From assembly GCA_036172245.1 (NCBI GenBank), contig JAYWIR010000053.1, forward strand, positions 62,001 to 126,000: a DNA stretch of 64,000 bases, written 5' to 3'. Source of the DNA: Raillietiella orientalis (lineage: Eukaryota). A model generated the notes under the pieces. It was not told where the DNA came from. It was given only the letters and a program-made list of their open reading frames with translations, and searched no databases. The first letter of the stretch is position 1; each line of letters starts with the position of its first letter. Below are positions 12,920 through 26,506 of this stretch, in pieces. The translations under genes and the position numbers were made by a program.

Positions 12920-14559
12920 ATGCCTGATTCCACCACCGGTGAGATTCCGGGGGCGATGACCCCATTGCCCACGGAGGAGATGGAAGTGAGAGCGCCCGCC
13001 ACTACTGATGCGCCCCCAGCCTAACCCAGGGCTTAGAACGCCGTGACTGCCGCGCCCACGCCGGCGGCTGTGGCAGAAATGCGGGCCTACCTGGAGGAGG
13101 GGTACAACCCACCCCTCCTATAAAAGGTGGGCGGATTATATTCTCCCCAGAGCGCGCCCGCCTTCTCGCAGGCGATGCGCGCTCTCGACGTAAAAAAGGA
13201 GGAGCTTCTGGCTATGTCCGTCAGAAGCGGGGGTCAATTTGTGGAAGTTATCTGCAACGAGGCAACTCTTGCGCAGAGACTTCTGCGAACCCCAGTAACT
13301 ATGGGCAGACGGAGGCTTCTCCCAATTACTGAAGACCGGTCGGTGATCATTCACCTGACCGGTATCACGTTCCGGATGACCAAGGAGGCAGTGCGGAACG
13401 AAATAAATAAATTTGCGACCGTCCACGCGCTGTGAGGTAAGCCTACTCCTTTCGTTGATTTCGATAGGGTGCTTGGCGGCCTGGATGCGGCGCGAGTGAC
13501 GGTTCGCGAAGGTGTGAGTTTCCCCACTATCTCACCGTAAACGGTGAATCCGTCGACGTGTGTTACGTGGGGAAATCCAAGTTCTGCGGCTGCTGCAGCA
13601 GCTTTGGTCACCTTAAAATGAGGTGTTCGAGCGTGCAGTGCCAGCAATGCAAACAAGCGGGGCACACCCTTCTGGTGTGCCCCCAAAACACAGTCCGCGT
13701 CGTGTACGCGAAAAACGCGAGAAAGCGCGCGGCTAAAAAAAGAGAGAAGCTATCAGCTCGTGCTGCTGCTAAGGAGGTCACCTCCGCCACCAAGTCCAAG
13801 GCCAGCCCCGAGACCCCGGCGAAAAATGCCTAAAAGGTCGAGGGCGATGGTCAAGAGCCAGGGTGGCAGAAGGTCGACCCCAAGGAAAAAACCCATAAGA
13901 AGGGAAAAAACGTGGCGAAACGGAGCGAAACCGCTCTGCGCCGCGAAAAAATTAAAAGCTGCTGCGTCGTTATAGAGCGGATTCCCGCCATCGACGAATG
14001 CGGCGCTGAAGAACTCGCTGCTGCCCCTGCTCAACCCTTCGTTGACAAAGTCAACAAGGAGGGGAGCGAGGCTGCGGCGTCCGTCATCGAGCTCACGCTC
14101 AATGACGTCGCCTTCGAGCGCGCCGCGGAGGAGCTGGTTGCCTCGCTGCAGCCGGTTGCCCCCAAGGTTGGCAAGAAGGCCGTCAGGAGTCCGGGTTCCC
14201 CTCAGGAGTCGGCCACTTCCGACCCCGAGGTGACGGCCGGAAACACAGCATCCATCTCCGCAACACCCCGCAAAAAGGCAGGACGAAAGTCCACAATGCC
14301 CCAGAAGATAGTCTCCCCCGACGAAGAGGAAGAGATGGCTTCCAGTAGCGAGGGTGCCATGAGCGTGGGAATCTCCCGGGACCCGTCGCCCGAGAGAATT
14401 CCACGCTCGGACACGGAGTGGATGGTGAGAATCGAGGCCGAACAGGTACCCCAGGCGCCTAAAGAGGCCTTCGTCCTCGTTCCGATGGTCCTCGCACCGA
14501 TGGACTTTTCCTACACCTGCCCCGCGGCAGGTGCCTCGACGCCACTTTCCCAGCTATAA
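12920..14559 (+). pseudogene. C1 ORF1
   Basis: AYLEEGYNPPL; CGCCSSFGHLKMRC, CQQCKQAGHTLLVC; several stops and frameshifts; TAATG at 14557-14561. Confidence 0.86.
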
Positions 14560-15447
14560 TGCCGTGAATCGCCTCTCGCCGTCGTCTTCTGAACGCCTGT
14601 TGGAACGTCAACGGGCTAAGCGACGACGGCAAGAGGCGTGACGTGGCCTCCACCCTGGCATCCCGCGATCTGGTGCTGCTGCGGGAGATTTACGTGATCT
14701 CCGCAGATCAACCCCGGGAGATCGAACGGATCTCGGGTGTGCGGTTGCTGTGGCGTTGCGGCACCGCGAAATCAAGCGGTGTCGCCTTCCTGCTCCGGCC
14801 AGCCATCGAGGCCGCAATAAAGGACGTTCGGTTCGAAGACGGAGGTCCCGTCGGTCAGCTGACTTTCAGCTGGTCCGACTCTATCGACCTTTTCGTCACC
14901 AACCTATACGCTCCTAGCGGAAACAACGCGTTGAGGGCGAAGGCAAGAAGGGAATTCTACCTTCCCCTGAGACGTGATTGGCTGACCGATGCAGGAGTTC
15001 GTAAAGCTCACCTGATCGCAGGTGAGTTCAACCTGCGCCTGCTTTCTGGTGCGCCGGATACACTGAACGACCGCGTCAACGAGTTGTGCGCAAAAATGCA
15101 CACGCGCAACTTGTTGGCCGGGGACACGGCCATGGAAAGCAGCATCCATCACGTGTACCTTGATCAGCACCTATGCTGTCGGGTGGGCAGGCGCGACAAG
15201 GTACCATCCGAGCTCTCGGACCATGGTCGGATCATGTTCGAAGTGCGTCCGCGCGAAAAGGGCTTCTTCTCGTCAGCGTGCCGTCTGCCAGGGGACTGGC
15301 TGAAGTTTCCCGACGCATCGGAGCACCTCCGCGCATTTATTCGCAGCTTCAGGATGCAGACACTTCACGACTGGGACCGCTTAAAGCGGTCGGTCCAGGA
15401 GTTCTGCGACCAGTTCCCCCTGCATCGCCTACCTGCGGGATTTGGGG
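14559..15447 (+). pseudogene. C1 ORF2 endonuclease domain
   Basis: WNVNGL, NLYAP, AGEFN, SDH, FPLHRLPAGFG, then the B1 3' end. Confidence 0.9.
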
Positions 15448-18020
15448 TTGTCACCCGGGTACGCTTGGGGCGTTTATTGAAAAAACTTCACATAAACGTG
15501 GTACGAGGCCCCACTAACGGCCACACAACACCGGACATGCCAAGACGCCGGGACGCAGCCCGGCGTGACGCTCCTCGGCAGTGGAGGGGGATAGAAATCG
15601 AAACAAAAAGAAAAATAAAGATAAAGAAAACAAAAAAGAGTTTAGAGGGAGGTTAAGGGATCACGTTCCACTTAGAGGAGGGTCCATTCTTCGCAGGATG
15701 CCCTGTAGGTCCATCTTCATGTTTTTTAGATTGGGCCATCATTCGTGTCGGCCAGCCAATCGCGCTTCAGGGTTTCCAGCAGCATGGTACGGTCGCTGTA
15801 TCCCCCTTTTCCGCTCAAGGAGTACACGTTTGTGACGATCAATTCGATCGAGTCGGACCAGCTGAGAATCAGCTCACCTACCCGACCGTGGTCATCAAAG
15901 CGTACGCCCTTCACGGCAGCGTCGATGGCCGGTTTGACGAAGAACGCGACCCTGCAGGTGTTGCGGGCGCCGCATCGCCAATACAGTCGACCCCCCGCGA
16001 TCGTCTCGATCTCCTGGACTTCTGCCGAGGTGAACACGTGGATCTCCTGCAGCAGGGCCAGGTCGAAGTCACGCAGGGTATCGGCCGTTTCTCGTCTGTT
16101 GCCGTCGTCGCGCAGCCCGTCGACGTTCCAACTGGCCACGCGGATTCTACGGCGACAGGCGAGCCCAGGTATTATTCCTGGAAAATCGGCTGTGCGGCGT
16201 CCGCCACCTGTTGGAACGGGACGCTAGTTGGAGGAGGAGGGTCAGGCGCTGCGTGCACCTGGTCCCGCTCCTCCTTCGGTAACGGCGCGTCGAGCGGGTC
16301 ACCCTCAGGTGGGATCGCGCCTACCTGTTGGCCCTCCTCCATGGGGGCGGGCTGTTCAGGCTCGACCACTGCAGTGAGGACTTCGCCCCGCTGCTCACCC
16401 TCCTCCATGGGGGTGGCCGGCTCGACGGCTTCCGAGAATGGGAGTTCCCCCTCCGGGATTCCCACGTTACCGCTAGCTTCCTACTTCTCCTCCTCGCTGG
16501 TGGATGGGAGGCTCCTCCTGGGTTTCTGGGACTTGCGTCTCGACTTCCTGGGGTGTGCCTTCGACGAGGAGGATGCACTACCGGCCCCCAGGTACGGGTC
16601 ACCTGTGGGGGCCTTTTTCGCGGGAGCCGGCCTTCGCACGGCCTTGCGTGAGGGGTTCTCACGCTCCGCCAGCGTGGCCGCGAGCACCTCCGCCGCCATT
16701 GCGAACGCGGCGTCCTCGGTGTCGACCGGCGCGTCGCACGGCTGACCCTCTGTTTGCACAGAGGGTTCGCCGTCGCGAACTTCGGGCGCGACGGAAACGG
16801 CGAGGGGAGGCTCGTCGCCCCAGGTGGCATCTTCCGGTACGACGATACGTTCCAGTGCCACCGTGCACTCGCGTACGGTTTTCGAACGCGGCCCGCGTTT
16901 TTTTGCCTCACCGGCCAGCTTCTCTTTCTTCTTTTTAAAAGGAGATTTTTTCTGTTTTCTGGCTGCTACAAGTTGCAAGCCCTCTTCACCTTCCGCCTCT
17001 TGGAAAGGTTTACCCTCCGTCTTTTCTTTTGGAGGTTGAGGTTCTGGCAGCTTCAGCCGGCCAGCGTCCGCCTTAGGTCTTGTGACCTTTAGTGAGCGTT
17101 TCTTCTGCGCCTTTTTCGCAACAGGAGGAACCGGGGTGGGGCATTTTGGGCACATACGTCAAACGTGGCCCTTCTCCCCGCACATGTGGCATTGGATGTT
17201 AGGACACCTCTTGCGAAGGTGTCCTACGGTATCGCAGTAGCCGCAATACCGGGGCTTTCCCACGTACCAGAGGTCCACGCTCTCTTGCGCGACCTCCAGC
17301 TTGTGGGGAAGCCCACAATCCTTACTGACGGTTACCCGCTATGCAGCCTGGCCTTCGAAATGGCTATTGAAGCCTTCAAAGATGGTTGTCTTAGGCCACA
17401 GCGCGTGCACCTCGCCTAACTTCTGCAGTTCTTGTGCTACCGCAGAGCGAGTCATACGGCTCGTTATTCCAGTGAGATGGACCACCACGGAGCGGTCCAT
17501 CGTCACCAGCAAGATCTTGCGGCCGTCGACGTTCAGCGGGTTGGTGATGAGAGTCTGAGCCAAGGTGATCTCCTTGCACACCACCTCGACTCGCTGACCT
17601 CCGCTGAGAACGGACAAACCGTCAAGATCTTGTACTCTTACTCCGGCGTTTTGCAGCGCTTTCGAAAACGCGCGTGCCGTTTTTCCATCAAATAAGGGGC
17701 CTACCTGGTATAACAAGCTGGGCTTGTACCCAGCTGCCCGGTAGGCCGCCATCTCGGCCACGGTTATCGCGCTCGGCGCGGTCACCATGGCGCTCCAGCT
17801 CCTCGCCTTGGGCGGCGAGGGCGATTCCGGGGCGGACGCTCCTGATTCTGTAGGCTGTGGGGGTGGGCAAGCCTCCCCCACACCTACCTCCATCGTGGTG
17901 TCCCCAGGCATCGCCGCCATCGGACACCAACGATGTGAAAAAGCACACACAGAACCAAAAAAACCGCTTTCTGCTGCTCGTTTGCAGAGCGCCGGAAAAA
18001 CACGTCCCCTCTCGAGGAGA
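15448..18020 (-). mobile_element. LINE family B copy B1, internally deleted (about 3 kb of ORF2 missing)
   Basis: Both termini present; EN ...DWLADTN fused at ~15741 to the ORF2 C-terminus; flanked by GGGATTTGGGG. Confidence 0.9.
16172..17920 (-). pseudogene. B1 ORF1
   Basis: GYKPSLLYQVG, knuckle region, PMEEG repeats; broken by stops. Confidence 0.85.
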
Positions 18021-18246
18021 GGGATTTGGGGTTTACACCCGGGAACGCCCGGGGCGTTTATTGTATAAAGCTCTACAAGAAAACGTGGTACAAGGCCCCA
18101 CTAACGGCCACACAACACCGGACCTGCCGAGACGCCGGGACGCAGCCCAGCGTGACCCTCCTCGGCTGTGGAGGGGGATAGGGATCAAAACAAAATTGAA
18201 AATCAAAATAAAGCAAAACAAAAAGAGTTTGAGGGAGGGGGAGGGA

Positions 18247-21200
18247 TCACGTTCTACTTAGAGGAGGGTCCATCCTTCGAAGGATGCCCTCTAGGTCCAT
18301 CTTCATGTTTCTTAGATGGGGCCATCTCGCTGCTCTCCGCATGAAGCAGACCGCATACGGGATGACATCCCTCACGTTAGCATCCACTCCGTCGCGAATG
18401 TCGCTCCAGGCCGCCACGATGCCCCGAATGCAGCAGAGGGCTGCTAGGGCTGCGGCGGGCTGCAGGGGATCCCGCACGAAGAGGGGCCGAAGAAGGTCTC
18501 TGGGCGCGCTGCCCGTTGGGAGCCCGATGGTCGTCCCGAACCGTTCCCACAGGTGTCGGAGGGCAGACCAGTCAACTAGTAGGTGGGGGAGCGAATCCCG
18601 CTCCCCACACCTGGCACACTCAGGCCTTACACTCCCCCGCGTCCAGTGGAAGCGGCGCGCGTTGCAGGGTAGACCCCAGTGCAACAGCAGCAGCGCCGAG
18701 TCTTGCCACTTCAGAGGGAGAAGCCTGGATCCGATTAATATTGGGGGCCACTCCAGGTCATCCGTCGGGATGCCGAGCAGCTCGCTCCATCTACGAAGTC
18801 CACGCGGGAGGGCACTCGGGGTTGTGGCATCTGCCAGTTTTCCCATGGCCCAACCGCTCATCTTCTTTTCCTTGCCTGCGATTCGCCAGGAGACTTGCCA
18901 CTTTGGCTTGCGGCCGCTCGTTAAAGCCCTTCGTACGAAGGGCAAGGTCGAAGCTAGGGGGTTAGTCTCCGCCCACGTGCTCCTGGCGGGACACTCCAGT
19001 GTAGTCCGCAGTGTGCAGCAGGCGTTGGGGCCGTATCGCAGGCGGTTCCAGTCCGGGGAAGTCTGGAGGTTCAGCTTGGCCCTCGTTGCAACGGATTCCT
19101 ACAGCCAGGCGGAGGAGTTTAGGGGCTGCATAGCGTCCAGCCGTTGTCTCTCATTAGGGCTTCCATGCGCCCAAGGAGAAGTCCGCATCTTCTGACCTTC
19201 CTGTCAGAGCACAGAAGGTACGACGCCAGTCCTTTCGTCCATGACACACGGCTGGCGAGGATGCGGACCGGAACGCAGCAAGAGGTGCTCCATGACTTTG
19301 CTGCGATGGCGAGGGTGCGCCATCGCAGCTGTATGTCCAGGCGCTCCGGCGTCAGGAGGCCGAGACCGCCGTCCCGACGAGGAGCGCATAGGTCATCTAG
19401 GGGCACACGTGGCCTCCCGCTGCCCCAGAGGGAGATGCGGAGTAGGTCCTTGGTCCTCTTTTTAACGTCACGGAAGACGGAACACACACAAAAAGCAGGG
19501 GCGGAGGATGGGAGCCGCGAAGGCGTTCCACACCGCGGCCCGTTCCGGCAGAAGGAACTTGCCTTCCAGGAACGGGCCGATTGCCAACTTTACCTTCTGG
19601 AGACGACCTGACCAGGCTTCTGCGAGGCAGAAGTCCCCCAACGGGACACCCAGGTACCTCAGGTACCTGGCCGTGGAAATCCCCAAGCGGATCCAGTCAG
19701 GCCGTCCGACCCACGTCGCACCCACCGGTACGACCGACGACTTCGCCTTGTTTACCCGCAGTCCAGTCCCACAACTTAGCAGGTCTAAGAAATTCTCGAC
19801 TGCGGCTGCCGGGGCGGACATGAGCAACATGAGCAGAAGATCGTCGGCGTATGCTGCAACGTCGGGCGTGCCGGGGCACGAGCTGGGCAGGGCAGCCAAA
19901 GTCACCCTGTACGCTCTCAGCACCAACTCAAAGTAGGTGCTGAAGAGCAGGGGACTGAGGCTATCGCCCTGCCGTATGCTCCGCCGCACCGGCACGCCGT
20001 ACACCTGTTGGCTGGAGAAGCAGATGTTAACTATGGCGTTGCGCCAGCAGGAGCGCAGAAAGGAGAGAAGGGAGGTTGGGAAGCCCTTGCGATCCAGGAG
20101 CTCCAACAGTAGGTCCTGGTCAACGCAGTCGAACGCCTTATGGAGATCGACCGCGATCGCTAAGGCCCCCTTTCCAGCCCATGTGTCTATTCCCAGCCCA
20201 GCTGGGGGCCCCAAAGTGGGGTTGCCAATCTTTCCGCCAGTTTCATTCAGGCAGCGCTGCACATGGAACCATGTACTCGCGAAGAACAGGTTGGCATCCA
20301 TACTTCCCCCAGGAACAGCGTACGTCTGTGCCGGGCTAATTATGGGGTCTGCCACCTGTCCTAGACGCAAAGCCCACAGTCCAGCGATCAGCTTGGCGTC
20401 CGTATTCACGATTGTGATGGGACGCCAATTGCCCAAGGATCTCAGGTCTCCTCCCTTCGGGAGGAGCCTCACACGGGCTGACCGAAACGAGGCGGGAACG
20501 TCGTCTTCGTCTCGGATCAGCCCGGTTAACTGAAGCACCAAGGGTGCCAGCTCTGCCGCGAAACATTGAAAGAATTCCGCAGGCAGGCCGTCCTCCCCTT
20601 GCGCCTTTCGCCTCTTGAGCCTTTTAATACCGGCAAGAATTTCACCGATAGAAAAAGGCTCGTCGAGGCTGATCTTCTCCTCCTCCCCTATTGCCGGGGC
20701 TCCATCCGTAAGCAGGAGCCGCGAGGCGTTTCGCTCTGGGGGTGCCCTAGAGTAGAGGGAGGAGTAGTAACGTCGCACGAGGTGCCTGATCGCGGGTGGG
20801 GCGGATCGCTCCCGGCCCTAGTCGTCCAGCAAGCTGGCCGACCCGTATTGCCAGGCTTGGCGTTCGGCCCCGGCTCGATATTTCGCTAGGCGACGGGCAT
20901 TCGGGGTCCTCTCGTACCGGCGGGCCTGCAGATATGCCCTATGGTTCTGAGCCCCCTCCCCGAATCTGAGGGGCAGGCGGTGCAGGGGAACTCCTCGCAG
21001 ATCTCGCGGACCGAGGCCTTGAAGAGGTCCCATTCTTGGAGACTGCGGAGGGTGACGCCTCTCAGGAATTCGCGAAGGTCTTCTTTCGCACCTGAGAACC
21101 GCGTACAGTCCCCAGGCAGCCACCACGCCCTGGACGGGGGTCTTTTGTCGCGCGGGCAAACCTCGGCGATGATCCTGGAATGGTCCGACAGCGTCGACGC

Positions 21201-21839
21201 AACTTTTCCCCGTTTGCCGACCCGCGAGCACAGGTCGACATCCAGGAAGAAGTGGTCGATGCTGCGGTATACTCCCTCCGCGTCTGCCAACAAGTTGCGC
21301 GTGCGCATGGCCGCGCACAACTCGTTGGCCGTGCGTTCTTGTGCTTCGGGCTCACCTGACAGCAAACGGAGATTGAAGTCTCCAGCTATCAGGTGTGCCT
21401 TTCCCGCATTCGTGTCGGCCAGCCAATCGCGCTTCAGGGTTTCCAGCAGCATGGTACGGTCGCTGTATCCCCCTTTTCCGCTCGGGGAGTACACGTTCGT
21501 GACGATCAATTCGATCGAGTCGGACCAGCTGAGAATCAGCTGACCGATCCGACCGTCGTCATCAAAGCGTACGCCCTTCACGGCAGCGTCGATGGCCGGC
21601 TTGACAAAGAACGCGACCCCGCAGGTGTTGCGGGCGCCGCATCGCCAATACACTCGACCCCCCGCGAGCGCCTCGATCTCCTGGACGTCTGCCGAGGTGA
21701 TCACGTGGATCTCCTGCAGCAGCGTTAAATCGAAGTCACGCAGGGTGTCGGCCGTATCTCGTTTGTTGCCGTCGTCGCGCAGCCCGTTGACGTTCCAACT
21801 AGCCACGCGGATTCGACGGCGACAGGCGAGCCCAGGTGT
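18247..21839 (-). pseudogene. B2 ORF2 (EN-RT-CCHC)
   Basis: WNVNGL, AGDFN, IDH, SDH; SIRQGDSLSPLLF, YADD; CARCGERDSLPHLL. Confidence 0.92.
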
Positions 21840-23591
21840 TATTCCTGGGAAATCGGCTGTGCGGCGTCCGCCACCTGTTGGGGCGGGACGCTAGGTGGAG
21901 GAGGAGGGACAGGTGCCTCTAGCACCTGGCCACCCTCTTCCATTTGTGACTGCGCGTCGGGCGGTTCACCCTCAGGTGGGGTCGCGCCTACCTGCTGGCC
22001 CTCCTCCATAGGGGTGGGCTCCTCAGGGTCCGCGACGGCAGGGGGGATTTCGCCTCCCTGCTCACCCTCCTCCATGGGGGTGTCCTGCTCTACGGCTTCC
22101 GCGCGTGGGAACTCCTCCTCCGGGATTCTCACGCTGTCGGCGACTTCCTGCTTCTCCTCCTCACTCGTGGAGGGGAGACGCTTCCTCGGCTTTTGGAATT
22201 TGCGTCCCGTCTTCCCGGGGGGGTGCCCCCGAGGAGGAGGATGCATTTCCGGCCCCCAGTTCGCACTCACCTGCGGGGGCCTTCTTCGGCGGAGCCGGCC
22301 TTCGCACGGCCTTGCGTGAGGGGTTCTCACTCTCAGCCAGCGTGGACGCGAGCGTCTCCGCCGCCTTGGCGAAGGCGGCGTTCTCGCCGGCGGCGAGCGC
22401 GTCGCGCGTCTCACCCTCTGTGCAAACAGAGGGTTCGCCGTCGCGAACCTCGGGCGCGGCGGAAACGGCGAGGGGAGGCTCGTCGCCCCGGGTGGCAGCC
22501 TCGGGAACGCTGATGCGCTCCAGTGCTACCGAGCACTCGCGGAGAGTTTTAGATCGCGGACCAGGTTTTTTCGCCTTCGCGATCGGCTTTTTCTGCGCCT
22601 TCTCTTGTGAACCTTTTTTGGGTTCTTTTGTGGCCTTTACCAGCGTCCATCCTTCTTCCTCGCCCGCGTCTTTCGCGGTTTATTCCACCGCTGCCTGGGT
22701 TGGAGGAGGAGGAGAAGGCTGCTGGGGCTGGCCGTTTTCGCGATGAGGTCTTTCGACCTTATTCACCTTTTTTGCCTGTGCCTTTTTGGCAGCAGGTGGC
22801 ACCGGGGTGGGGCGTTTAGGGCACACACGACGGACGTGTCCCTTTTCCACGCACAAGTGGCACTCGATATTCGGGCACCGCCTGCGCACATGCCCTACTG
22901 CATCGCAGTAGCCACAATAGCGGGGTTTCCCCACGTACCAGATGTCGACGGGCTTCTTCTCGACCTCCAGTTTGTTTGGTAACTCAGCACCCTCGTTCGC
23001 AGTGACACGCTCTGCTGCCTGGCCATTAAAGAGGCTGTTATAGCCGTCAAAAATGGTTGGCTTTGGCCACAGCGCATGCACATCTCCGTATTTTCTCAAT
23101 TCCGCGGTCACCGCACAGCGCGTCATGCGGTTCGTGATCCCCGTTAGATGGACCACTACGGAGCGGTCTATGCTAACGGGTAGGATCTTTCGGCCAGCCA
23201 CATTCAGCAAGGTGTTGATGAGGCGCTGCGTTAGGGCTGCGTCTTTGCAGACGACCTCCACGCGTTGCCCCCCGCTGAGTACGGCGAGACCGTCAAGGTC
23301 CTCCTCACGCACGGGGAATTCCTGTAGTGCCTTGCTAAAGGCACGCGCGGTGCGACCGTCGAACAGTTTTCCTACCTTATAAACCAGGGATGGTTTATAT
23401 CCGGAGGCCCTGTAGGCCGCTTCCTCAGCCAAGGTTTCCGCGCTAGGCGCGGCGACCATGGCGCTCCAGCTCCTCGTCTTGGGCGACGAGGGCGATTTCG
23501 GGGCGGGTGCCCCTGATTCTGTAGGTCGTGGGGGGGGGCTAGCCTCCCTCACGCCTACCTTTATCGTGATGTCCTCTGGCAGCGATGCCAT
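21839..23591 (-). pseudogene. B2 ORF1
   Basis: GYKPSLVYKVG; CGYCDAVGHVRRRC, CHLCVEKGHVRRVC; C-terminal PMEEG(E/Q)Q repeats. Confidence 0.88.
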
Positions 23592-23691
23592 CGGACACCA
23601 ACGATGTGAAAAAGCACACACTGAACCCAAAAAACCGCTTTCCGCTGCTCGTTCGCGGAGCGCCGGAAAAACACGTCCGCTCTCGAGGAGA

Positions 23692-26290
23692 GGGATTTGG
23701 GGAGGGGCCGCGTAACGAAAGGTGCTATCTTCAGGCCCGACGTTACGCAAGAACCCCCGACATGCGCGGATTAGCAGAGTATCGAGAGATAGCCGAGAGG
23801 CAAGCCTGGCAATCCGGTTCGGCCAGCTTGTGGACGACCAGGGCCGAAACCACTCGGTTCCAGTTGAGAAACGCGGGATAGTGAGGAAATTTTACTCCTC
23901 CCTGTTCGCCAGGGCGCCTACGGAGCAGGCTGTCTCACGACTCCTGCTTCCGGAAGGTGCTCCAGCAATCGGGGAGGAGGAGAAAAGGAACCTCGACGAG
24001 CCTCTCACGATGGGCGAGATCATCAGCTCACCTTGTTGATCCGCGAAACAGGTGACGTTCCCACCTCGTTTCGTTCAACAAAGGTGAGGCTTTTCCCTAA
24101 GAAAGGAGACCTTGGGAGCATGAACAACTGGCGTCCCATCACAACAGTGAATGCGGACGCCAGGTTGCTAGCCAAGCTGTGGGCACAGCGCCTGGGACGG
24201 GTCGCCAACATCTTCATCAGCTCGGAGCAGACATATGCTGTTCCCGGGCGAAGTATGGAGGCGAACCTGTTCCACGCTTCCACATGGTTAGAGCTCCAAC
24301 AAAAAAGGAGCATAATAAGCAACCGGAATTCCGGTGCGTCCTTCGGTGGGGAAAGGGATGGTCGGGAGGGGAGAGGAGCCCTCGCGCTCGCAGTCGATTT
24401 GCATAAAGCATTCCATTGCGTCGTCCACAATCTCCTTTTGGAGCTTCTGGAACACTTGGGCTTCCCGGCCTCTTTGCAGGCCTACCTGCGCTCCAGCTGG
24501 CGCGACGCGCTTATTAATGTTCTTTTTAGTGGATCCACCGTGTACGGCGTAACGGTGCGACGCGGCATACGGCAGGGAGAAAGCCTCAGCCACTTGCTCT
24601 TCAGCGCCTATTTCGAATTGGTGCTGAGAGCATACAGGGAGACTCTGGCACACCTGCCGTGCGCTTGTCCCGGTACGCCTGCGGTTTCGGCGTACGCGGA
24701 CGACCTTCTGCTGCTGCTGCCTATGTCCACCCCGGCCTCGGCGGTCGAGGACTTCTTCGAACTGCTGAGTCGTGGAACAGGACTGACGGTGAACAGGGCG
24801 AAGTCGTCCGTAATGCCAGTCGGAGCGGCGTGGGCAGGGCAGCAGGAATGAGTCCGTTTGGGGATCCCCACGGTGAGGTACTTCAGGTACCTTGGTGTGC
24901 CGTTGGGGGACTACTCCCCTGCGGAAGCGTGGTCCCCCTGCCTTTAGAAGGCTCAGGCGGCGATCGGCCCGTTCCAGGACCGCAGGTTCTTCTTGCATGA
25001 ACGGGCCGCGGCGTGGAACGCGTTTGCGTCCCCCCTCCTTCGCCCCTTGCTTTTTGTTTGATCCACCTCAGCGGAGTCAAAGAATAGGACGAAGGACCTC
25101 CTGAGGATCGCCCTTTGGGGTAGAGGTAGGCCCCGTGTCCGTCTTTCGGACTTGTGCGCTCCTCGTCGGGATGGTGGTCTGGGCCTCCTGACGTTAGAGC
25201 GGCTGGAGATACAGCTCCAGTTCCGAGTTGTTGCCTTTATGCCAGAAAATGGGTGCACCCCTTGGTGCCTCCCTGCACGTCTCCTCGTCGATCGGGCCAC
25301 CGGCAATGCGGGACTCTCGTCCTACTTTGCACTCCAAAGCCCCATCTGCCACTGCGGACTTCAGATTCGAAGGGCGGCCAAGCTCGTGAAGACCAACTTG
25401 GAGCGGATCCTCGTACGCCCCGCGAACGGTCCTGCCTGGTTGCAGGAAACCGTCCGCACGTGGGCGATGACTCAGGAGCAGAGCCGCAACACGAGCGAAT
25501 AGCTCTGTTCGGTCCTCACGCCCACCGCACGTTCCGAGAAATCTTTGAGGATCCCCGAAGGAGAGCGTGGGCACAAAGAACCTCCCTTGCTGCGGTACTG
25601 CCTACCTTACGGGAACATCTGGGCAGCGACGTCGCGGCACAATGGGAGGTTACTGTCAAGATCGCCAGCAGGGCAAAGAAGATCGGGGATTGGAGAACGG
25701 GTCAGCTCACCAACGCTGCGACCCCGAGGACCACCCCAAATGGACTGTTGCGCTGGGGAGAGCTACTGGATGTTCCAGAGGAACATCTCGAGTGGCCCCC
25801 GGTGCTCATGGACTCGCACACCCTCCCCATGATGTGGCAACAGTCGGCACTGATGGTGTTGCATTGGGGGCTTCCTTGCAACGCCCGCCGACACCACTGG
25901 ACGCGGGGGGGTGTCAACCCTAATTGTGTCAGGTGCGGGGAGAGGGAATACCTCCCCCACCTGTTAGTGGATTGTGTTGCCCTCCATCCCTTGTTTGAAC
26001 GCTTTGCTGCAGCCCTGGGGATCCCCGGAGGAAACCCAAGAGCCGATTTGCGCCCCCTCTTCGTCCGTGACGCCCTGCCTCCAGCGGCCGCGCTTGCAGC
26101 CCTGTGCTGTCTACGCGGGATCGTCGTGGCATGGAGCAAAGCGACAGGAGGATCCAGCGACAGGGATGCCAACGTGTATGCCGTCCGTTTCCTCAGGATG
26201 GCGACGCGATGGCCCCATCTGGAACTACACACGCAGCAACAGCTTGCCGGCATCCTCCAGAGGATGACGGACCCTCCGAGCAGACTGTGA
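23692..26290 (+). pseudogene. C1 ORF2 resumed (linker, RT, CCHC)
   Basis: GFGEGPRNERCYLQARRY continues from PAGFG; YADD; CVRCGEREYLPHLLVDC; stop at 26290. Confidence 0.9.
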
Positions 26291-26506
26291 TCCCTTCCCT
26301 CACCCTATCCGATTTTTGTTTATTTTTTTTTGTTTTCTTTTTGTTTCGTTCCCCCTCCCCTCTGCTGCCGAGGTCGACCGCACCGGTCTGCGCACCGGTA
26401 GCCCGGCAAGCAATATCTTTCCAGGGCGTGGCTGGACTACTGGTCTAGTCACACATTATATAGGTTTATTCCTGAGAATAAACGCCCAGGCGCAACCGGG
26501 TTTCAA

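Larger units (their letters stand above)
18032..23691 (-). mobile_element. LINE family B copy B2, full length (~5.66 kb), decayed
   Basis: 5' TCTCCTCGAGAGCGGACGTGTTTTTCC; 3' AATAAA-hairpin at 18032-18062; TSD at 18021-18031 and 23692-23702. Confidence 0.93.
12835..26506 (+). mobile_element. LINE family C copy C1, full length, split by B1+B2 (parts 12835-15447 and 23692-26506)
   Basis: 5' GAGCGGACGTGTCTTTTC; 3' AATAAA at 26477 plus hairpin; 14-bp TSD at 12821-12834 and 26507-26520. Confidence 0.92.

Noticed and set aside
12835..12920. HDV-like ribozyme or tRNA-derived head in the 5' UTRs
   Set aside because: The UTRs are short and U-rich, and I could not fit the required pairings or A/B boxes by eye; a covariance search would be needed.
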